DNA of 64,000 bases from Carpediemonas membranifera BICM (taxonomy: Eukaryota; Protista; Fornicata): NCBI GenBank assembly GCA_019828565.1, contig JAHDYR010000002.1, positions 124,001 through 188,000 on the forward strand, written 5' to 3'. The position numbers and the translations under genes were made by a program. Shown piece after piece: positions 57,801 to 64,000 of the stretch (positions are counted from its first letter, which is position 1; every line of letters begins with the position of its first letter). The notes below the pieces were generated by a model. It was not told the origin of the DNA. It made no database searches and saw only the letters and a program-made list of their open reading frames with translations.

Positions 57801-59331
57801 TGTGGGGGACGACGCCGCGTGGTCTCTGGGGCAGGTGGGTCTGGGCCATATGTGGGGCTCGGTGTCCGACTCTCGCCGCCATCTCAAGCTGTATGGACGC
57901 TGCTGTGATGCGGTTGGCGAGCCTGCTGTCGTCACATTGATCCACATTGACGTGCCGGCGCCAGATTGCGTGGCCGCCATGGCGGAAGACCATCCCGCAT
58001 TCTCTGCAGATGCGTGGTAACTCCTGGCACCCGCAGTATCTGCTAATCTGGTCCGCCGTCGCAGCCACCAGCAGGTGTCGGAGGTCCCTGCCGGTCGCGG
58101 CGTCTGGTACGCCCGGCAGGCGTATGGGGCATGTCGCGGAGGTGAAGTCGGGCTCGTCATCGCTGGACCCCTCTGCCCCGCCTCCCGACAAGGACTCGTA
58201 GTCTTCGTCAGAGCCAAGGATGAAGGTTGGGGCCTCGGTGGCCGAGCCTGCAGCGTCAGGCTCTATTACGCTCACCTCATCGGTTTCTGAGGGGGCGTCG
58301 TCAGTAGGGTAATACTCCTGTCCGCCGTCATCGCCGCTGTCACTTTCATCGGGGCTTAACTCAAGCTCCTCCGGCATTTCAGTGTGGTTCCCGCCCGTGT
58401 GTGCCTCTCCGTCAGGACCAGACCGGGAGGCTTGGGGGTCCTCATATTCCTCCGTATCATCGTCAGGGTCCTCTGATGATGCGCTCTGGTCTATCACCGT
58501 GGCCTCGGAGTCTGTCTCCTCACCTTCGCCGCCCCACGAGGACTCGTAATCCGACGTTGGGCTGGATGTGCGGGACATGCGGTGGAGGTCTGGCCTGGGC
58601 GATGGGGTCAGGAACGCCCCAAGCTCGACACGGGCTGCGTGTGCCTGGTCGCCCTCTGCTGCCCTCGATGTCAACCGGGCGACCGGGATGCCAACCGCCC
58701 GCGGAGCTCTTCGGCGGGGCGAGGGTGGGGTGTACGGGAGCTTGACCTTCCTCGCTCGGACCGGTCTCCGTGCTCGCTGAGCAGAGGCTGGTGCCTCTGC
58801 CGCTGGGCTTCCTGGCGCGCCATTGTTTCCCGCGGGCGTAAGTGCGGGCGTGGGCGCGTGCGTAGGCGTGGGCACAGGCGCGGGTGCGGGCATGGGCGCG
58901 GGTGCGGGCGTGGACTCCGGCCTCCGGGCGGACTCCACCTGAGTCAGGCGGGCGAGGGTTACCTGCTCGAAGCCCGGGGGGGATGGTGGGGGAGTCTGAG
59001 TCCCGCTTTGACTATTAAAGGAACAGTACTTACGACTCTTTACATCCTTCCCACTCGCCTGCCGGCTCCGACCGCCCCTCCCTCCTCGCGTACGACGCCG
59101 CTGGCCCACTTGGTTGGCCGCAAGCGCCTTGTTCTTGGCCTTCAGGCTCTCGATCTCAGCCTGGAGGGGCTTGCTCGTCTGCCTTTCGGCGGTGAGTAGC
59201 TCTTCGTCCCTAGCCTGCGCGGAGCGTAGGGAGTCGATGAACTGCGTAGCCTCGGGCATCTCGGCATGAACGAGCGCCGATAGACTGCTCGCGGCAGTCT
59301 TAGACTTGAGCTTCCCGCACATAAGGAGCAT
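54835..59331 (-). mobile_element. Non-LTR retrotransposon with RLE endonuclease (CRE-like), single intact 1498-aa ORF
   Basis: N-terminal zinc finger CRECG..RRH, RT (AAGLSGW, LRPIGV, QYGLG, DFTNAFN, QGDALGP, YLDD), CPFC..H..C knuckle, RHD, RADI, IEVTV, KKxxY. Confidence 0.92.
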
Positions 59332-60206
59332 CCATACTGTTAGAATGGCCAGTTAATCCGGGGATATACGGAGGATAAACGCAAATTCCTTATTCGTGCT
59401 TCAGGGCGTTCGAAGTCCTAAGAAGCAGCTGAAATGATAGATGCGAGTGCATTAATGACATATCCATGCTTGATGTAACATGTGCGAGATTGGTGGTCGA
59501 GCAAATTGCCTCTCGCATTTTAAGGTCGAAGGCAAAAGTGGTCGTACGACCAAGTGGCCTTGTCAGCAAAGTCTGTGTGTTCTAAAGAGTATCCTCTGTT
59601 GTTTTTATGCGTCAACTCCTTCTCAGTCGCCGGGAACTAATGACTGAATCAACCAATCAAAAGAATGAAGCTGTCCCCCAGAAAGCAGGCCATACTACGG
59701 TGGTATATAGTCAGTATACATCATCGGAGTATGTTCGGTTTTCTGGGGGACAGATTCAATCTTCTGTATCTCAAAATTTGCATTTTTTTATCGGCGATAA
59801 GATGGAATCAGAAGACTTGGCTCAGAGCTCAAGTGCACTTAGCTCCATAGAGCTGAGATCGGCAATTGGCATGATCCACCGCCGCAGAAGGTGCCCAAAG
59901 AGGCGCTGACGTTGAGCGGTCGATCATGGCCGTTTAACACATCAACGGGGGCCTCATCCCATGCAGTATCCATAACTTTTTACCATTTTCTTCTAGCTGC
60001 ACTGGTTGGCAAATGAGCATTTTGTGTCGCCTTCATCATGGCAATATTCGAGATCAAATCCAGATTTGCTTTTTTTGTGCACAAGGAGCACAACAGCAAA
60101 TTCGCAAGTAATGCAGATGAAAATCAGATGAATCTTAATCAGGCACTCTCATACACACACTGCTTTAGTTTCGGAGCCAACGTCCATAAACTGAAGGAGT
60201 TCTGAA

Positions 60207-63082
60207 CATTGTTTCACCAATTGTGTGAAACTGGTGAAATTGTGAAATAGTGTTGAAACGGCCAGAGAAGAAGAAGGAACCCCGGCAGCGCAGTTGTAGC
60301 TGCTCTTATAGAGCTATAGCAACAGCCAAATTGTCTGATTTATCTCACAGACCGTTGCGCATGTACCTGCCTAGTTTTTGTACAAAAATCTTGTTTTTTT
60401 AAACTCTACAGAAATCATGGTTGCTCATATTGTGTTCGAGAGCCACATCGGTACAATATATGATGACCAGCCACGCTCAGTTGAGCGCATGAATTACCTT
60501 CTTGGCTGTACCTACTTCGCCATGGTCGGAATTGGCCTCAACTCCGCCAGAACAAGACCTCAGCGCGAGCAATTCTGCCAGCTCGTCCGCGAGATGGAGG
60601 AGGCGGACCTGATCTCCCAGCGCATTCACGACGCAAGGTTCTTCCGCCCTCCAGCAGACTCCCGTCCCTTCCAACGTGCCGCAACCGCACACGGAAATCA
60701 ACACCCTCCTCACCCCTGTCTTCGTACGGGACGATTACCGCACCCACGCCATCCAGGAGCGTGCTGTGCAGGACTACAACGACTCAGAGGAGCGCTCCGC
60801 CAACTTTTCTGAAATCATGGAGCTCACATCGATCCTGATGTACGTCCGCAATGGCTTCAACTCGACCCAAGAGCTCTTTAAGCTCATCAACAACATCTCC
60901 CGCCGGCTTGGAAAGCCGATCTCGAAGAACAAGACCGCGGAGGTGCTCATTAAGGACCTTGGCATTGACATGACCAGAATATCTGGTGTCTCAGAGGCCC
61001 TCACTGAGGAGGAGCGCGCCTTCGTCAAGCATCTCGTGCCGTGCAGGTCGGTCTCAGGCAATACAACATGGCGGCGTACCATGTCCGGCACGCAGTCGCG
61101 ACTTGAGCTCACGAACCGTTTGACTGTAGCCGACGGAGCCGAGCCGACTCCGTTTTTCGACCACGACCTCGTCGCCGACCACACTTGGGAGCGACCGACG
61201 CTCACCCTCCACTATGACAGCGAATCCGACGCTGTCCAGCACTACCAGTCCCTCAAAGGCAGTGTAGGTATCGCCCATCTGGGCAAGCGACTGAACAGCT
61301 CGACCTGGGACAAGGTGGAAACGGTGTGGTTCGATGGCGTGTACTATCTGCAGCAGGCAGTGCTTCACCCGGAGTGGCTCGAGTCTGACCAGACGAACTT
61401 CGAGCGTTGCTCTCGTGCCCTTCAGGACCCAGGCCATGTCGAGTTCCAACCACTAAAACTACTCCTGTGGCTCGACGCATGGAAGGGACATACCGCAACG
61501 TTCAAGATCCGCATCTACGACCCGTCAGGCTTCACGTTCCCTAACCGCATCACTCCCCCCTTCCGACTCGTTGAGTGTCTTGCCGGTGAGAAGGAGCTGA
61601 CGGAGGAGGGAAACCTTCAACTCGTTGAGGAAGAAGTCGAGCGGATCTATCAAGCCCTCATACCGATCAGAGGAACTGACCAGGTCACCACCTTCGACCA
61701 AGTCATCGTCATGGGCGATCACGCGGCCATCAGGAAGCTGTCATCCGGCATCGAGGGTAATGGAGGGCACTATCCCCAGCCCTTCAACAGCATCCGTCGA
61801 GACCACAAGGCGCTGCACCCCATTCCGGCGCACTCTCGGGTCACCTTGCATGATTTGCTCGAGCAGAAGGCAGCGTTCCACGCCGTGCAGGCCGACCCCG
61901 ACCGTGTGCAGGACCCGAAAGAGGAGTATGGCAACTTCTCCGACAAGAGGGCCATCTTCGAGAACCGGCCAGAGCCCCGAGTCATCCACACGGAGCGAGT
62001 TGTCTTTTGTCCTCCGATCATGCACAACTCGCACCGCCTGCTCGAGCAAGTGGCACGGCTATGCGCCAGCTTCCCCGCTGATCGGAACGCAACTGCCGTA
62101 GACAAGCGCAAGCTCCAGCGCATGTCATCCAACCGCAGTATTGACCGCACTGTCGGGTGCAACGAGCAGTCTGCTGCCAGAGTTCGCATGGCGAACACCA
62201 CGAACGAGGATTACGAGGCTCTTCCTGAGTCCGTCCAAGATATTGTGCGACTCATTGGCTATCTCCAGGCTCTTTACTACTCAACCGAGCCTGTCACCGA
62301 CAGCAAAGTCGCATTCCACTTCTTGGCCGCGTCCATGTGCCACCTGTTCCACGTCATGCTCAGTCTGCAGGCACACCAGACAAAGCTGGCGTTGCTCCCT
62401 CCTGGGCAAGCAGACAAGGCGGAGAAGCCATGTGCCCAGACACTCTATGTCAACAGCAGGCTCACTGCCCAGCCTCTTCTTCACGATCATCTCCGCATTC
62501 CTCTTTTTTTACCTCCTCGAGGAGTTCTTTGAGAGAGAGTTCATCAAGAACCAGGAGGTCCGAGCCGAGTTGCACAGGTCGGCCATGATCGAGAAGCTGT
62601 GTTTGACCGAGCAGACCACCCTCATCTGCACGTTCTTAACGGGTATTCGCTCGTTCGGTCGCCAGGACTACTCAGTCCCCCCGCTGAACAGGCTTCGTCG
62701 TGTCCGAGTCCACCAATGCTGCAGACAAGCTCGCTCATGGTTCGCCATTCGCAGCCACATGGAGGCAAGGCACCAATTCCATGCCACGGCGGCGGTGGTG
62801 CGCCTCTTCCAGGAGCTCGTTGACGAGATGTGGCAGTACGTCAACGATTATACGGCTTTGGCATGGGACGAAGAGTCTGGGGGTGATGGTTTGCGAGTTG
62901 GCAGACATGGGTGAGGAGCTTGTTTGCTGCATTTGCGGTCATGCACGCGCTGAGTAGTGAGTAAAGGAGTTTTATTGGTCAGTACATCCCATTTGGTGTG
63001 TTTCCCCAACTACCAATTTTTTTTTTCAACATTGGTAGTTTCACAATTTTCACATTACGTCACTTGTTTGGTGAAAACAATG
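60207..63082 (+). mobile_element. DNA transposon, 2876 bp, CATTG...CAATG termini, ~50-60 bp imperfect TIRs, 3-bp TSD GAA
   Basis: Left end CATTGTTTCACCAA..GTGAAATTGTGAAA..TGTTGAAA matches the reverse complement of the right end; GAA at 60204-60206 and 63083-63085; encloses one transposase-like gene. Confidence 0.85.
60417..62957 (+). CDS. Divergent DDE transposase (CMC/Transib-like), copy 2; frameshifts at ~60670, ~62505 and ~62880
   Basis: WLDAW, MGDHAA, YPQPF, PPIMH, RTVGCNEQ, EEFFEREF, HQCC and CCIC, collinear with copy 1. The two distal shifts fall in T and G homopolymers. Confidence 0.72.
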
Positions 63083-63109
63083 GAAACGCCACTTCCGACA
63101 TGGCTGACG

Positions 63110-64000
63110 ATGAATTTATCGCAACACAAGGCCTATATTCAATATGTCAAGCTTTCAGACAAGTCTGAGCTCTTGCCGTCTGTCAGGGCCTTCTTCAACA
63201 GAGATCTGGCGACTTCGAACCTCGACTGTCTGAACTACTCATTCGTCATGTATGTCAGACCCACTACACTTCTTGTTAACACAGTCTCATCGCAATTCGT
63301 GGGGTTGAGATGGACAACATCAAGGCTGCATGCCTTCTCTTCCGCGAGTCGTACAGGGAGGGGCAGACCCTGAGCGGACAACTGCACCAGGAGCGGTTTG
63401 TCATCGGCTTACGGACAGCCGTCTCCTGCAGAGGTCTTGGGTTCGCGAGGGTGCTTCTTAGCATAGCATCTGCCGAAGAACTCGTCCGACTGCAGTGCGA
63501 CAAGCGACTCCAGGACATGTATGCGTCCTTTGGCCTCAAGGAGTCATCGGACCCGTCGCAGGTCGAGCAGCTGGTGGACACGGGGGGCAACCCACTTGCC
63601 ATTGTCACGATGGAGGGCACGATGGGTCCCAACAAGTGGACCAACCTCGGCAAGAGCCTGACAGAGTGCTGTGGGATGATAATGCAAGGCTCTACGTTGA
63701 TCCGCGTGACCAACCATGGTAATAGACTTGATCAGCACGCTCATGGGATGCCTGCTTCCGACAAGAGGAGTGTTGACTCGTTCGTGGAACGCACCCGTGT
63801 GTCCGTGCGCCGTGAACGTGCGGCAAAACGGCCTAACGTCACCCGCATCAGGCAGAAGTTGATGATTATCCGCCATTACAACCTTCGTTCTTTCACGCTG
63901 GTCAAAGAGATCAAGGAAACGAGGACCGAGATGCGTAAGGAGAAGAAAGCCAACTTCTGGGACAGTGAATGGAATATTTCCGTTGAGGATGACGAAGAAG
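63110..64000 (+). CDS. GNAT-family acetyltransferase-like protein, intron 63250-63284, runs off the window end
   Basis: After removing GTATGT...TTAACACAG the frame is open to the window end, with motif A-like FVIGLRTAVSCRGLGFARVLL and motif B-like DMYASFG. Confidence 0.6.

Overview
Compact, GC-rich genome of a microbial eukaryote. It is inferred to be a fornicate/metamonad-like protist from its 28-35 nt spliceosomal introns, very short intergenic spacers, divergent TBP and bacterial-type ODC. About half the window is mobile DNA: DIRS-type tyrosine-recombinase retroelements (one next to a tRNA-Ser gene, one as a ~1341-bp tandem array); two complete and several fragmentary chromodomain-bearing Ty3/gypsy elements with very short LTRs; an intact CRE-like RLE non-LTR element; and two copies of a divergent DDE (CMC/Transib-like) transposase, one with TIRs and a 3-bp TSD. 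Host genes, nearly all on the minus strand, include a C2H2 protein, PCIF1/CAPAM, an eIF4E-domain protein with a C-terminal hydrophobic tail, cathepsin B, TFIIA-gamma, TBP, ODC, a possible KNL1/Spc7, an LRR protein, HscB, a Dpb4/NF-YB-type histone-fold protein, SART3/Prp24, an MFS transporter and a GNAT protein. The most striking observation is that all four visible gypsy 5'-LTR/leader junctions carry a different perfect 10-12 bp palindrome starting at the LTR's terminal A instead of a tRNA primer-binding site, which suggests a tRNA-independent priming mechanism. All assignments are by eye from motifs; no searches were run.
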